A DNA stretch of 64,000 nt. Source: Macrostomum lignano (taxonomy: Eukaryota). Below, piece by piece: positions 1 to 12,086 of this stretch. Each line of letters begins with the position of its first letter. Position 1 is the stretch's first letter. Below the pieces are notes generated by a model. That model worked only from the letters and a program-made list of their open reading frames with translations. It ran no database searches and was not told where the DNA came from. Both the position numbers and the translations under genes were made by a program. The stretch lies in assembly GCA_002269645.1 (NCBI GenBank), contig NIVC01003215.1:1-64000 (forward strand), in the 5' to 3' direction.

Positions 1-178
1 TTTACACCTGCACTCTAACGTTCTGAATTACGGCATTGTTACACCTGCACCAATGTTCTGAATTAGGCATTTACACCTGCACCAATGTTCTGAATTAGGC
101 ATTTACACCTGCACCAATGTTCTGAATTAGGCATTTACACTTGCACCAATGTTCTGAATTAGGCATTTACATCTGCAC
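1..178. repeat. 32-bp tandem repeat (TTACACCTGCACCAATGTTCTGAATTAGGCAT), about 5 copies, cut by window start
   Basis: The unit restarts at 39, 71 and 103, giving a period of 32. Confidence 0.9.
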
Positions 179-849
179 TGTTGCGCTCCGATTTCTGAAT
201 CATGTCGACAATCGATTGATCGCTAATGGTAGCTTGCGTTTTTTTCAGCCAAACTTTCTACGAAAGACTGCAGGCAAATAGATTGCAGGCGGATGATACT
301 TCACATTACGAGCTAATTACATAGTCTACTAATGTCACGAAACTCTGATTCGGTTTCGCATTACTCGTAGTTGGTTTATTTATAAAGATCGAATACTTAA
401 GTCTTCAGAATACGATGAGAAAAGTGGCTATGGCAATTTTTGTAAAAAAAAGTTTTCTATAATGTCCCCTGAAGTTCCAATCCATTTGTATTGACAATTT
501 ACAATTAAAGCATCTGTGAACAGGACGGTGATGTTGACAGGTTACATATACGCTCGTAGTTTTGGAAAAGTTGGCACTAATTTCAAAAGCAGAGGCGGCC
601 TACGAAACGGGGATTTTCAACCATTCGCCACCCTCAAAATACGATTATACGAGTCAGTTGGCGCGTTTACAGGACACGCGTGATATGCTACTAACAGTAG
701 AGCACGTGTAAATGTGGCATTAATTTTAACTCGCTCCTAAATGGTCTATCAAGAATCGAGTAATGTTGCAAAGGAAAAACTAAAACTTCATATTTCTGTT
801 TTCCCTGATGACAACTAAATGTATTTAATCGCTACTATCTGAACTCAAC

Positions 850-1100
850 GGGGTTGTAGCCTAGTAAATAAGGTCGTGGGTTCGATTCTCGACCCACTCG
901 GAACAATTTGTCCTTGGGCAAGACATTTAAACTCGGCATTGCTTCAGTTCACCCAGCTGTAAAATGGGTGCCAGCATTAGCTGGGGTAATTGAGCGTGTG
1001 TGGCGACCCCCCAGCCCTTGCCGCCGAGCTGTCGGCTGCACATCTGCTTATTGGAGCAGGTGTGATCAATTATTATTAGTGTTGTTGTTGTTGTTGTTGA
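850..1100 (+). mobile_element. tRNA-headed SINE with a conserved-core-like (Deu/V/Meta-type) body and (GTT)n tail
   Basis: A-box-like TAGCCTAGT and B-box GGTTCGATTC near 882. Core GTCCTTGGGCAAGACATTTAA...CACCCAGCTGTAAAATGGGT resembles metazoan core-SINE domains. Simple-repeat tail. A second, decayed copy lies at 34308-34408 on the minus strand. Confidence 0.7.
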
Positions 1101-1823
1101 ACTCAAATGATTTCATAATTAAAACGAAAAGAAAAGAATGCAAAGTCTGAGTTATATGTATCAGGTTTTTATAGAATTTTTGCTTAGCATTTTATTGAAC
1201 GCCCAATTATATTTCTCTTAGAACAGAACACACGCCAGACTAATGCCTTCTCTCTGTACAGTATCGGTGCCACTGATAAAATTAATTTAAACACATGTTT
1301 AATCAGATATAACCATATTTTATATGAAAGGGACAACAGCGGCGCGAGCTGAACACAGACACGTTGGGGTCAGGGTGAGGGGAGCAGGACAAAAAACAAA
1401 ATAAACTATTCATAAACGCAGAAAATAAACAGGGTTTAAACACAAAACTACAGTGGGCCGCGAACTGGACCAGACGGTGCGGGGCTAATGGAGAACAAAA
1501 AAGCACACATATCGAACGATCAAACAAGAATGGCGGATTTGGGGCGAGGATTAACCGGAAACACGACTGGAGGATTCGAGGAAGAATAAAACGGATCAAG
1601 CGAGCGGACGACTGATTGCAGGTCGGCGAACCGATTAGAAGCTGCGACAAGCAAAAATATGAAATTCAAAGAGAGGTTCTGCGCGAACAGGAGATGAGAA
1701 AAATGAGAGAAGAAAAAGCCACGCTCGAATTCGATAAGCGGACCGTCAATCAATCACTGTTAATGTCCAACAGCGCGCTGAGGTCGTCGGAGTCCGGGGA
1801 CGCCGCCGACGCCAGGCCGGGCA

Positions 1824-3309
1824 TCAGGGGCGCGTCGGAGAAGACGCCGACTCGCTAGACGGAGCGTCCGGACTGTCGCAGAGCAGCAGCGAGTCCAGCT
1901 GGTTGAGCGCCGACTGGTCGAACAGCAGGTCGCCGAGGCCGGCTAGGAGGTCGCCGCCATCAGCACCGGCGGGCTCGGCAGCGACAGGCCAGTCGACGTC
2001 TGGAACTGCAAAGGCCGGAGCGTCGAGGGTGTCAGCGCAGGCGGTTTCGGCGCCAGCGCCGGCGGCGGTGGCCAGGTGTCGGCCATCCAGGCCTGACACT
2101 TGCGCGGCTGGCCAGAGTGGCCTGCAGTCGCCGCCGGAGCCGGTCGGCCACACGCGAGCTGCCGAGCGGCAGGAGGCGCCGGTGCTGGTTCTGGGACTGA
2201 TTTTGCCGCTGTGCGCAGCCGGTCGAGCCAGCTGCAGCGCGAGCGCCAGCGTCATGAGCAGGCGCGCCAGACCCCGACCCTGCTGCTGAGGGTTGGCCAC
2301 AGGCACTGCTGTCCTGTCTGCCGGGATCGAGCGCGCGCCGCTCAGAGCTGAAACGCCCTGGCCGCAGCCGCCCTCCAGCTGCACAAGCAGGTGGTTCAGC
2401 CTGCTGCCCAGCTTTTCCAGCTTCTCCTTAAGCTCGGAGTTCTCGCAGCGCAAGTAGCGATTCTCAACCTCCAGTCGCTGCAACGCCGACTCCATCTTTT
2501 CCATTTTCTGCTTCTTCCGGTCGCGAGCCTGCTGAGCCGCGATGCGGTTCATTACTTTCCTGGAAAGTTGTCAACGAGAAAAAAATAATTCTTTTCTATG
2601 ATGTTTTGTTTGCAACACACTACTTAAAGTAGACGAGTCAGTAGAATCGCAGGAATGACTTCCGGGTGAGTCTTAATTTACAACAGATTCAAAGCTTACC
2701 GTCGGGTCAGTTTCTCGTCAGCGGTCAGGTGGTTGAGCCGAGCCCGCTTCCGGCCGTAGATTGACGAGCCGAGCAGGTCGTCGTCATCCTCGAACTCGTT
2801 GAAGGACAAAGTCGAGTAGGTCGACGAATCTAGTGGGGCCTTCTGCAGAACCAGATTCTCCGATTCGGTGCGAATCTTTGAGTCTCCGCAGCCACTGACG
2901 AAGACAACGATGTTGAAGTCGTCAGGGCCGGGGACGAAGCCGACGCCGGATTTGTCGAGCCGAGGACGATGCGCGCAGGCTGGGCGTCCTCCATGTCGAG
3001 CAGGCGCGGCTCCTGCATCATCTTGCGCTTGCGAAAGTGCTGCTGCGAGCTGTCGGCTGGGCTAATGATCTTAGTCCCGCTGCCGCCGCCGCCGACAAAA
3101 CAAGTCGACGCAGGAGGCGCGGCCGACTCCGAAACATCGAGGAAGTCGGCCGACGCGTCGGCTCGCTTGAACAGCTGCTGCTGTTGTTGTTGGGTCAGCG
3201 CCAGCTTACCGTTGCCGCCAGGGACTTCAACCAGGCACATCTGCGGCCCGGCGATGCCCGCCTTCTGCAGCAGGGCGTACACGACTTTCGATGACGCGTT
3301 GATAGTCAT
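1824..3309 (-). CDS. xbp1: XBP1-type bZIP transcription factor (2 exons; GT-AG intron 2560-2699; apparent 1-nt frameshift near 2880)
   Basis: The spliced junction reads RKRARLNHLTADEKLTRR|KVMNRIAAQQARDRKKQKMEKMESALQRL, matching the XBP1 basic region (RKRQRLTHLSPEEK..RRKLKNRVAAQTARDRKK). It is followed by a leucine zipper, a dual-hairpin IRE1 site and the hydrophobic stretch LARLLMTLALALQL. Confidence 0.92.
2286..2308 (-). other. Unconventional IRE1-cleaved 23-nt intron of xbp1
   Basis: Sense strand GGACAG|CAGTGCCTGTGGCCAACCCTCAG|CAGCAGGGT. Both sites fit CNG|CNG in 7-nt loops, with stems ACAGG/CCTGT (A-G closing mismatch) and ACCCT/AGGGT. The length is 23 nt, as in nematode and insect xbp1. 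Confidence 0.88.
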
Positions 3310-3517
3310 CTCTGCGTTACAAAGCGAAGCAGGAGGTGTTATGTTCTTCTGATGCAAGAGATTGATGATGAAATATTTAAGACTGGGAGAGTTGTCTAAC
3401 CCATTACAAAGCCATGCGGCGATGCTTATATAGGATGATCAGTACCAAAGGTAATCGGTCAATTCAGTCCAAGATTGTATGACGAAACTACCTCAGAAAA
3501 AACCGCTTGAGAAACTT

Positions 3518-3525
3518 CCACGTCA
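3518..3525 (-). promoter_or_regulatory. UPRE (TGACGTGG) upstream of xbp1
   Basis: Plus-strand ccacgtca is TGACGTGG on the gene strand, about 210 bp upstream of the ATG. Confidence 0.6.
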
Positions 3526-3562
3526 GCAGTCCGTTGTTTAAATAAGGCTGACTGTAACGCGT

Positions 3563-3581
3563 CGTGGCGTTTTCCTATTGG
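3563..3581 (-). promoter_or_regulatory. ERSE-I (CCAAT-N9-CCACG) upstream of xbp1
   Basis: The gene strand reads CCAAT AGGAAAACG CCACG, an exact consensus with a 9-nt spacer. Confidence 0.8.
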
Positions 3582-5014
3582 TCCGCGACCCGGTAGAACG
3601 CCAGAGCAAGAGAGCTGGAATTGCAATGCTGGAACACGGGGCAAAGCTGTACATTTATACGCCTGTACATTTCGATACGCACGCCCACTATGAAGCACGT
3701 GACCCATTGCGGGACAGGATTGTACAGTGATCCTGGTCTATTTTTAGAAATCACGCAGGGGCTGAGTGATCCTACTGTTAAAAAAATCCGTCCTATCCAC
3801 CCGCCCCCTCTTACTGCCAGCGTGGAGGCAGATCCGCCCCCTCCCCCGGTTCTAAACTGCGATTCCAGCGTGGAACTTTGGGCATTGGGTGGGGCTGCCG
3901 GCTGTGCCTTGTGTTTAAACTCTAGCGAAATGCTGTTTCTCGTAATTTCAGCTGTTTACTAGGCACGTTGCCATATAAGACGGCCAGTGCCCCCCCACCC
4001 CTACGAGGGTGAGAGAGGCGGAAAGAGCGGGGAGAGGCAGCCCGCCGAACCCGTAGCAGCCAAAGCTCACGCCCGGCATGACTAGGCAAAAAAGCACTGC
4101 CGATCGATAGGCGATAGTAAAGACGGTTTACACTGAGTAGTTGGATATTCAATATTCTCTCCAAAAGGGATCAGATACTCGATAGTTCCCAGCTAAGCTA
4201 AGCCAATCAGTAACTGCAGAAATAGAAACGAAGAGGAAAGAAAGGCCAAACCGGAGTTCTTAAATAAGAGTTGTTCTGACAATGTTCAGCCGACTGTAAT
4301 TCACTTGCATTACAAGCCTTCCAGCTGGGCAATTCGAACATAATGAATTGAAAACTGAAATCTGTACAACTTACAGATTTGATACAAAACATGGCATATC
4401 AGTACAAAACATGAAATGAACAGGCAAATAGAAAAGACAAAGAAGTACTCCGCAGCAAAACCATCAATTGAAGCCTAAATTTCAAAAAATTAACTCTTTT
4501 ATGCATAAATTTTGAAGAGCAAAAATTCAAAATTTTTGCCGTTTTTTAGTGCAATAACAGAAATTGTTTTCAGACTAGCACGAAACTGGAAAACGATGAC
4601 AAATTATTAATGAATGATAAATTGATGAAGAATAATTGAAATATGAAGCAATCAACGCACTCGAGGTTGTGAAAGAGAATAGTTTTGAGTAGCAACCAAC
4701 ACATTTGGACACAACAATCATAGCAAGACAGAACAACAGAAAAAGCATCATTGTGAATCGATATTTGTTAGTGAGCCTTTGCAGTGCAGACTGCAGTACT
4801 ATAAATATCCAAAACAATGGGAAGCAAACCAATGCAAATAAAAGCTAATAATATTATGAAGAAATAAAACAATGCCTACTAACAGTAGTTGGTAGGTAAG
4901 TACCGCATTAACCGAGTGTCACTAAATATTATAAATAAAAGATGAATCAATATAAAATTCTCAAACTAACAATAGAACTCAATTTGATAAAATGTCTGCT
5001 CACTAGCGCTCTGC

Positions 5015-8000
5015 TCACTGCAGAGTCGGCCCGCCGTGTCCAGAGGCTGAGGGCCGGCCGGTCCTGCAGTACACTGAGCCCTTGCTGCGCATATACTTGC
5101 TAATATAAGACTTCGCCTTGCCCTGCACATTGGCGTTCACCTCCAGGTCTTCAATATGGCGCGTGTGCTTCAGCTCCTTCAGCAGGATTGCGTGAGTCAT
5201 CTTCTTGACTAAGTACTTCAAGTCCTCTTGATTGGTGATGCGGCCAGTCTGGCAGGTGGCGGCGCAGTAGCGCTGCAGGTGCGCGTGGACGAACTCCTTC
5301 ATCGAGGCGGTGAAGGCAGCCTTCTGCTGCAGCTCGCGCGAGCTGGCCACCTCGCGGCGCCTCTGTTCAACTTTTTCAACGCGCTCCCGGCGCCGGATTT
5401 TCACGGCGTTCCGGGTGATCATGTCCTGGATCTCGTCGTGGGACACCTGGAAGCGCCAGGCTCCGTTGTACTCGAAGGCAGCCTCGGAGGCGGCCGCCGA
5501 TGGCTCCGCAGCGGTCTCTTCGGGCAGGGCGTCCCACGGATAGGTGGGCTCCCAGGAGTGCTCGCTACCCGGCTGGTCGCGCCACACAGTCCGCCTGGTG
5601 CCCAGATGGTAAAAGTACACACGGCCGTCCGGATCGCGGGCCGAGCGCCATTGCGGCGGCAGGCCGCCCGAAGCTGCGACGGCTGCAAAATGAAATGCAA
5701 ATACAATGCGAAAATTATACTACTTACTGCCGTGAGTAGACAGGCACAAAAAACATGAAAACTCGATGATCCGATAAAAAAACTGGCTCACCCGCATCGC
5801 CTCGCTGCGTGACAGCCAGCAGTAGTCGGTGCACATTCGGATCAGCCGCAGCCGCATCGGCGAGATCCTCCTGGCTGACGCAGCCGGCCATAGCGGCGGA
5901 TCTGGCATGGAAGCCGCCGCCGCCGCTGCCGCCTCGCAGTAGCATTGCCTCGAGCACGCGGCACAGGATGGCGTGCACCCCGCCGGACGAGCCGGCGAGG
6001 GCGGCCGCCTGCAGCTGCTTTCTATCGGGCTCCGTCATGCCTGCGTACGCCTCGAACAGCCGGTCGAATTCCTCGGCCGCCGCGCAACTGTCCGCCGTCG
6101 GCTGCGGCGTCGTCGAAGTCAAAGCCAAGGAAGCATCGGGAGCGGCTGCTTGGGTTGATGCTGTTGAAGACGCGGTCGCTGCCGCGCCGGAACCGGGAGC
6201 CGCTGTTTCGTTCGGCAGACGGTCCCAGCGGGCCAGCAGCTCGGCAGCCAGCTGACCGACTGCATCCCGGTCCCCAGACAGACGGCGGAGCAACTGCTGC
6301 AGGCTGTCAGCCACAGAGGCTCGGGCCAACTGATCAGCCGATGCCAGCGGCACGCGGGCCATCGTACGCAGAGCTGCCAAGACCAGCTGAGTGTTCGGCG
6401 AGGATGACGAATTCGAGCAGCAGTTGGGCGCTGCCTCGGTCAGGCAGGCGGCGGTCAGTTGCAGCCCGTGGTGCCGCCGAAGAGTCAGTAGGCAGTCGGC
6501 GACAGCGGGGCCTGCAGCATCGGCCAGCAGCTGTAGCAGTCGGGTCCTGGCTTCGATCGGCAAATCTCGCTGGTGCAGCAGGGCCTTCAACAGCAATTCA
6601 CGATAGCATGGGTTAGCTAGTTAGTTCGGAAATAGGGCTGTCTGTGGACGCTGCCGCAAATCATGGCAAGAGGTCAGTCCGCTAATCCCTGAGCACACAC
6701 CCACACGGATACATACACAGGGTCAACAGCTGTACTGACTTTCTAATCAATTTGGGCTCAGACAACAGCAACACAGTTCATGAGCCAACTCACCCTGAGC
6801 AAGCTTATCACTTCATTAGGCTGCGTCACAGTCTCAAGCGTCAGCAGCTGGCTAGCATCGTGGCCAAAGTCGAGCGTCATTGAAGGCTTGCCGCAGCAGC
6901 TGCAGCGCGTCTCGGCCCCGACTGCGGCTGGCCAAGACAGAAACCGGCAGTCGATGACCAACTCCTCACCTCTGGCGATGTCGCGCCTAGCGAACAGGCC
7001 CAGCCGACGCTGGCCGCCGGTTACCCACACCTGCGCTTCGGTGTTCGCCTCAACTCCGGCGCTGCCGCTGCAGCTGACAAATCTGGCCAGGTTGCCATTC
7101 GCAGTGGCATCAGCCACCAGACTGGCTCCCATCGGCATAAAGTACAGCCGCTTGCCAGCCGCCTTGTCCGCTGCACGACGCTGCCAAAACTCGCTCCAGT
7201 CGACCAGTTCGCCGGCGAATTCAATTAGAAAAGCGCCGGCGCCAACAGACGAGGTGGCGCGGACGCCCCAGTCGCGTCTGGCGCCCAGATACAGAGGCTC
7301 AAGCGGCAGGGCCGATGGCGGCAAGTCGAAGCGCCGATTTGTGCACATCTCGCCGCACGGACAGCGCCTGTTGTCGCATTCGACGCGCAGGGCTCGGTTG
7401 ACGCAATCGGAGCCGCAGGCCTCGGCGCCTCTGGCTGCCTGGTCGGGCGTTGGCACGCTGCAATCGCAGGGCCAGCCGCAAGCCGGCTCAGTCGGGAGAA
7501 ATTTTGCTAGCGGAACGCTTCGTTGCAGCAGCTCGTAGCTCGGCGGCGACATGCCCGGCGGCGCGGCCGGTTCGAGCGGCTCTAGGGCGGCCGCTGCAGC
7601 AGCCCGCTTAGCTGCGGCCTCAGCGGCGGCGGACGAATCCAGGGTGTCGTCGTGCGGCTCCTCCGGCTCGGCGACGTCCGAGGAGAGGCAGCCGGCCAGG
7701 AGGGACTGCCGGTCCTGTTCGTCCAGCTCGACCTCGTTGATGCTACGATCGCTGGCGCCGCCGCCGCCATCGCCGCGCATCGGCGAGGTAGACGAAGCCA
7801 CCGACATGTCGCTGCTGCATCCGCCGCCAGCGGTATCGTCCGGCCTCGGCGCGGGCGGCGGTCGGCCCGGTGGAGTTGTCGGCACAACAGAGACGGCGGC
7901 AGTTGTGGGGCCGGAGTCGGAGGCACGCAGGCGGGACAGCTCCCGCTGCTGCATGGCCACCTGGCTCTGCATCTGCTTGGTGAAGTTAGTCAGCATGCCG

Positions 8001-11000
8001 AAGAAGTCTGTCAGTTGTTTGAAAGCGGCGTTGGCATCGGCGGAGCTGCCGGTTTTACTAGCGGGCTTACCGCCGACAGCTGCGCCGACTGTAGCCGCCA
8101 CCGGCTGCTGCTTCGGCTGGTCAACCCGGACCGGGGCCGCCTTTGACTCCTGGGGTGGGTAACAGTTCGGGATTGCTAGCTGGATGAGCTGGGGCATGGC
8201 TTGTTAGCGATGGATTATTGGGCATCATCATCCCCATGGTCATCATCATGATCAAAGTGGTCCCCATCAGCAGCTGGACATGTTGGCGAGTGAGCAGCTC
8301 CAGCTGCTCTATTTGGTTGCTGCAAAAGTGAAATGCAACGAGGCGGCGGGATGCAATGGTAGAACGTTTTTAATTAATGTTGACTAAACCAAATCCACGG
8401 GAACGCGCATTCACCATACTACTAATACTAAGTAGATTGAAATCCTTAGAGCTCTCATGACTAGAATATCTGGAAAACTTCAAACAACCCAGTTGCTTAA
8501 ATAGAAACCCGCCTATTAAATAGGGAAGCCCCAGAACCCAACTGAAACCTTAATAGAGGCCTGGCAAATTAATAAAACAATGAGAAAAATATAAATTATT
8601 AATAGATCGCTCGGCAGTGTAAAAACAAACTTATTGAAGCTTATTCGACGACGACCAACGGGATGGGGGGGGGGTAGTAGAGAGGAAACTGACGGGGTTG
8701 CTACGAATGCGACAAGCGGTTGTTTTGCATTATTAATAAATATATTCGAGCTAAGCATATGCTATATAGTATTAGCAAGTTTGCCAGGTGCGAGAACGTT
8801 TGGAAGGGGGGCACACAAAATTCAAAGACGAAGGAAAACCGGGGGGCGGCGGTCATGCAAATTCAGCAGTTCAGGCTGCAGGCAGGGCGGAATGCGCGGC
8901 ACGCCGCCGGTCACCCACCTGGCGCGTGGCGTGCAGGCGGTCGCCAGAGGCGCCAGCGTCGCCGTTACCGCTTCTGACTGCGCTACCGTCGTCTCCCGTA
9001 TCGCCTCCGCCGCTGCGCTGCCGCTGGATCATGGCGTCGACTTGGCGCAGCCGCTCCTTCACCTTCTGTCTCTCCAGGTGGCGCCGCTCGCGCTCTTCGG
9101 CTTTGCTGGCCGCGGAGGTCTCGTCGGCGGAGGGTTCAGCGGCCGAAGCTCGCTTGCTCTGGTGGTGCTGTCTGGACCGAGAGCCCGATCGGCTGCGGCG
9201 CTGACGGCTGCGACTGCGCTGCCGCTGATTCTGCTGACGGTGACCGCCGCCTCCGCCTGGCGCAGCTCCGCTAACGCCGCCGCCACCGCCCCCTCCGCCT
9301 GCCGACCCGTCAGAGTCACCGGGGCTTCGCCGGCGTCGATGCCGCTGGGATCGATCTCGACGGCCGCTAGAGCTATCAGCCTCGCCGCTGCTAGCCGACC
9401 GGCTGTCGTCGTCATCGCGCCGGTGACGCCGCTTTGACCGGCTTTTGCCGTGCCGATTCCGACCATTGTCGTCTCTTCGGCGACTGCCGCTATTGCTGTC
9501 GCCGTGTCGACGGTGCCGGTCCTTCTCGTGCTTCCCTTCCTTACCCCGATCGCCGTCTTCTTTGGCGTCTCGGCTGTTGCCTCGCGACCGATGTCGATGG
9601 CGCGACTGAGTCGGCGGCGTTGGGGACCGTCGTCGTCGGCGCTCCTCCCGATGTCGCTCGCCGCTTTGGTCATTGGGCGATCGCTCTCTGACCCGGTCCT
9701 TAGATCGCTCCGATGAGCGCCGGCTCTCCGTTGCCTCCTGGGCGGTTGGGGCCGATCGCGAGGCCAGGCGGTCCTTCGAGAGGCTCCGGCGCAGCTGGGA
9801 CTGCGGCCTTCGATCGTCTTCTCTCTGCGGCGCTTCTACAGGCTCCACCGCCGCAGACTTGGATTCGGCGGCCTTTGTTTCCTTCGACTTTTCATCGCCA
9901 GCTTTATCAGCTTCTTCACAACCGTCGTCATCGTCGTCCTCGCCGAACTCGGCTAGCGTCGACTTAAGCTGCCCTTTAGACGCAGAAGTGTTCCTTCTTT
10001 GAGTTGCGTTGGCGCCGCTTCCGGTGGCTGGCGCACCGGAGTCGCCGCCGGAGAAGCTCATGTGCACTTTCTCGCGAACCTCTGGCAGCTCACGCAGCTC
10101 AGTGCCAGCAGCCACGGCCGCGGCGCCGCGATTGTCAGCGTCGCTAAGCCCCATCTCGGTGTCAGTCAGCTGCTGCGGCTCCTCGTCCGACAGGGTCTCG
10201 TAGGAGCTTCCGCCAGACTCTCTGCGCCCGCCGCCGGGTTTGGCCGCGCCGCCGTCTCCGTTGTTTTTGCTCGCTTCGGCTGTTGAACGCCGACGCTCGC
10301 CGCCGTGATGTCTCTTCGGCGAGGCTCCCGGCGACGAGGCACGATGCGACCGGCGCGGAGACGACGAAGACTTTCGGTGCCTGCTGTGCCGATGGCGCCG
10401 GCTGTCTGGGGAGCGTGAGCCGCGCCTCCGCTTGCGGTGCCTGTGCCGGTGCCCGTGCGAGCCACTGGAGCGGCGACGGCGCCGGCTTCCTCCTCCTTCA
10501 CCTCCTCCGTCGTCCTCGCCGGGATCGCGCTGCACATAGCCGTCGTCGCGCTGGTGCATCATGAGCAGTTCGCGTTCTCGCGAAGATCGCAACCGATCGG
10601 CCTCCTGGCGGGTCATCAGAGCGCCGGGAATGGGCGGCAGCGCGGCCGGATTCAGGTGCGACACGTCTGGCAGTGGCGGCGCCTCGGCTGCCTGCTTGGC
10701 GGCCAGCAGCAGGTTCGGCCGGTTATGCTTCGGCTTGCCCTGGGCTGATGGTTTTAAGCTTGGCAGGCCGAGGTTTGAAAGGGCACTGGAACCGCTGAGG
10801 CTGGAGATGCCGCCAAGACTGGACAGCCCGCCGACACCACCAAGGCCAGAGAGTCCGCTGAGGCCACCGACACCGCTTAGGCTGGCGAGGCCGCCAGAGC
10901 CAAGCGAGGACACGCCTCCAATGCTGCTGCTCATGAGGCTGGTTATGCCGCCAGCTGCGCTGGACTCGGTGACAACGGAACTACCGGATCTGTTTCCACT

Positions 11001-12086
11001 GTCAGCGCGGGTGCGACTACCGCTTGCAGATCCAGTCAGGGCGGCTCCTGAAGATGAGGCCGCCGTGGTGCTGGGCATCGAGGAGCCGCCAGATCCGGAC
11101 TCGAACGGTTGGATTGGCGTCTTCTCGATGTCGGCCGCGTTAGGTAGGAAAAGCTCTGCGCGTCGGTTGCCGATGGGCGCGGCGCCTCCACCGCCGCTGC
11201 CACCGCCGGCCTGTCCGGCATTGCTAGCTGGGCCGCTGTCCGATTCTGGCAGTTTCTTTCGTTTAGCCGGCAAAACGCCAGTCTGCAAGGTTAGCGGCTT
11301 CCGTTTGCCCGGTCCGGCCGGTGCTTGGACCGGCATTGGCTGCTTCCACTGCTGCTGTTGTTGCTGCTGCTGCTGCTGGGTGGGCGAAGTGGCACTCTGC
11401 TGCCCACCAGACTGCTGCTGCATTGAAGCAACCACAATTGACGGCTGCTGAGACGGTTGCTGCTGGGAGTAGGGCACAGCGGAGCCGCTCTTGGCGTAGC
11501 TGATCATGCCGAATGCGCTTTTCAATGCGAATTTCACCGGCCCGCTGCTGGCCGAATGGTGAGAGCCGGCGGACAGGTGCGACAAATCCGGCGGTGGAGG
11601 GGCCGCGGTGTGCTCCAGCGCCGGCAGCTGGTCCGGCAGGGGAATGTCGGCCACATTGCCAAAGTCCTTGTCGCCGTCGAAGTCGTCGTCAATGTCGGAT
11701 CGGCTGGATGACGGCGGCGGCGACTTGCGGAGGTTTCGGGCCGGCGGCCGAGGCGGCGATGACGAAGGCGGCGGCGGTGGAGGCGGCGGCGGCGGCGGAG
11801 GGGGTGGCGGGGGAGGCGGCGGAGGCGGAGGGGGCGGCGGCGGCGCGGCTCTATTGACAGCCTGCACTGGCATCGGAATCTCGTCCAGCTCACTGAAAAG
11901 TTATTTGTTGATTGTTATTAATGTGGAAAATAAATTTCGCAACCATGGCTGCAATCATGGACCACTGAAACACATCTGGACTATTCAGTCTGAGTCTGCT
12001 CCAGTCCAGATAGTAGTTTCAGTGATGCATGGTATCTGATGGGAACAGCAAACTCACTCGGTTGGAAAAGCGGGGTCGTACTCCAT
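5015..12086 (-). CDS. setd2: SETD2/Set2-architecture protein (Pro- and RS-rich N-terminus, AWS, degenerate SET, helical region, WW, SRI); multi-exon
   Basis: Exon 1 (MEYDPAFPTD) splices GT-AG in frame to exon 2 at 11892. AWS: CGSDCVNRALRVEC...CPCGEMCTNRRF. SET region about 6900-7290. WW: WRSARDPDGRVYFYHLGTRRTVW. SRI: FTASMKEFV...GRITNQEDLKYLVKKMTHAILLKEL...KAKSYISKYM. Domain order matches SETD2. Confidence 0.9.

Noticed and set aside
2870-2890. Programmed frameshift in xbp1 exon 1 (and in gag near 18287)
   Set aside because: Both fit a GG-to-G single-base loss (GAGGAC to GAGAC; GAGGCC to GAGCC) with no slippery heptamer. Assembly indel error or decay is more likely.
5228-11857. Numerous long antisense and alternate-frame ORFs over setd2 and other GC-rich exons
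   Set aside because: Expected shadow ORFs of GC-rich coding sequence, with no domain signatures.
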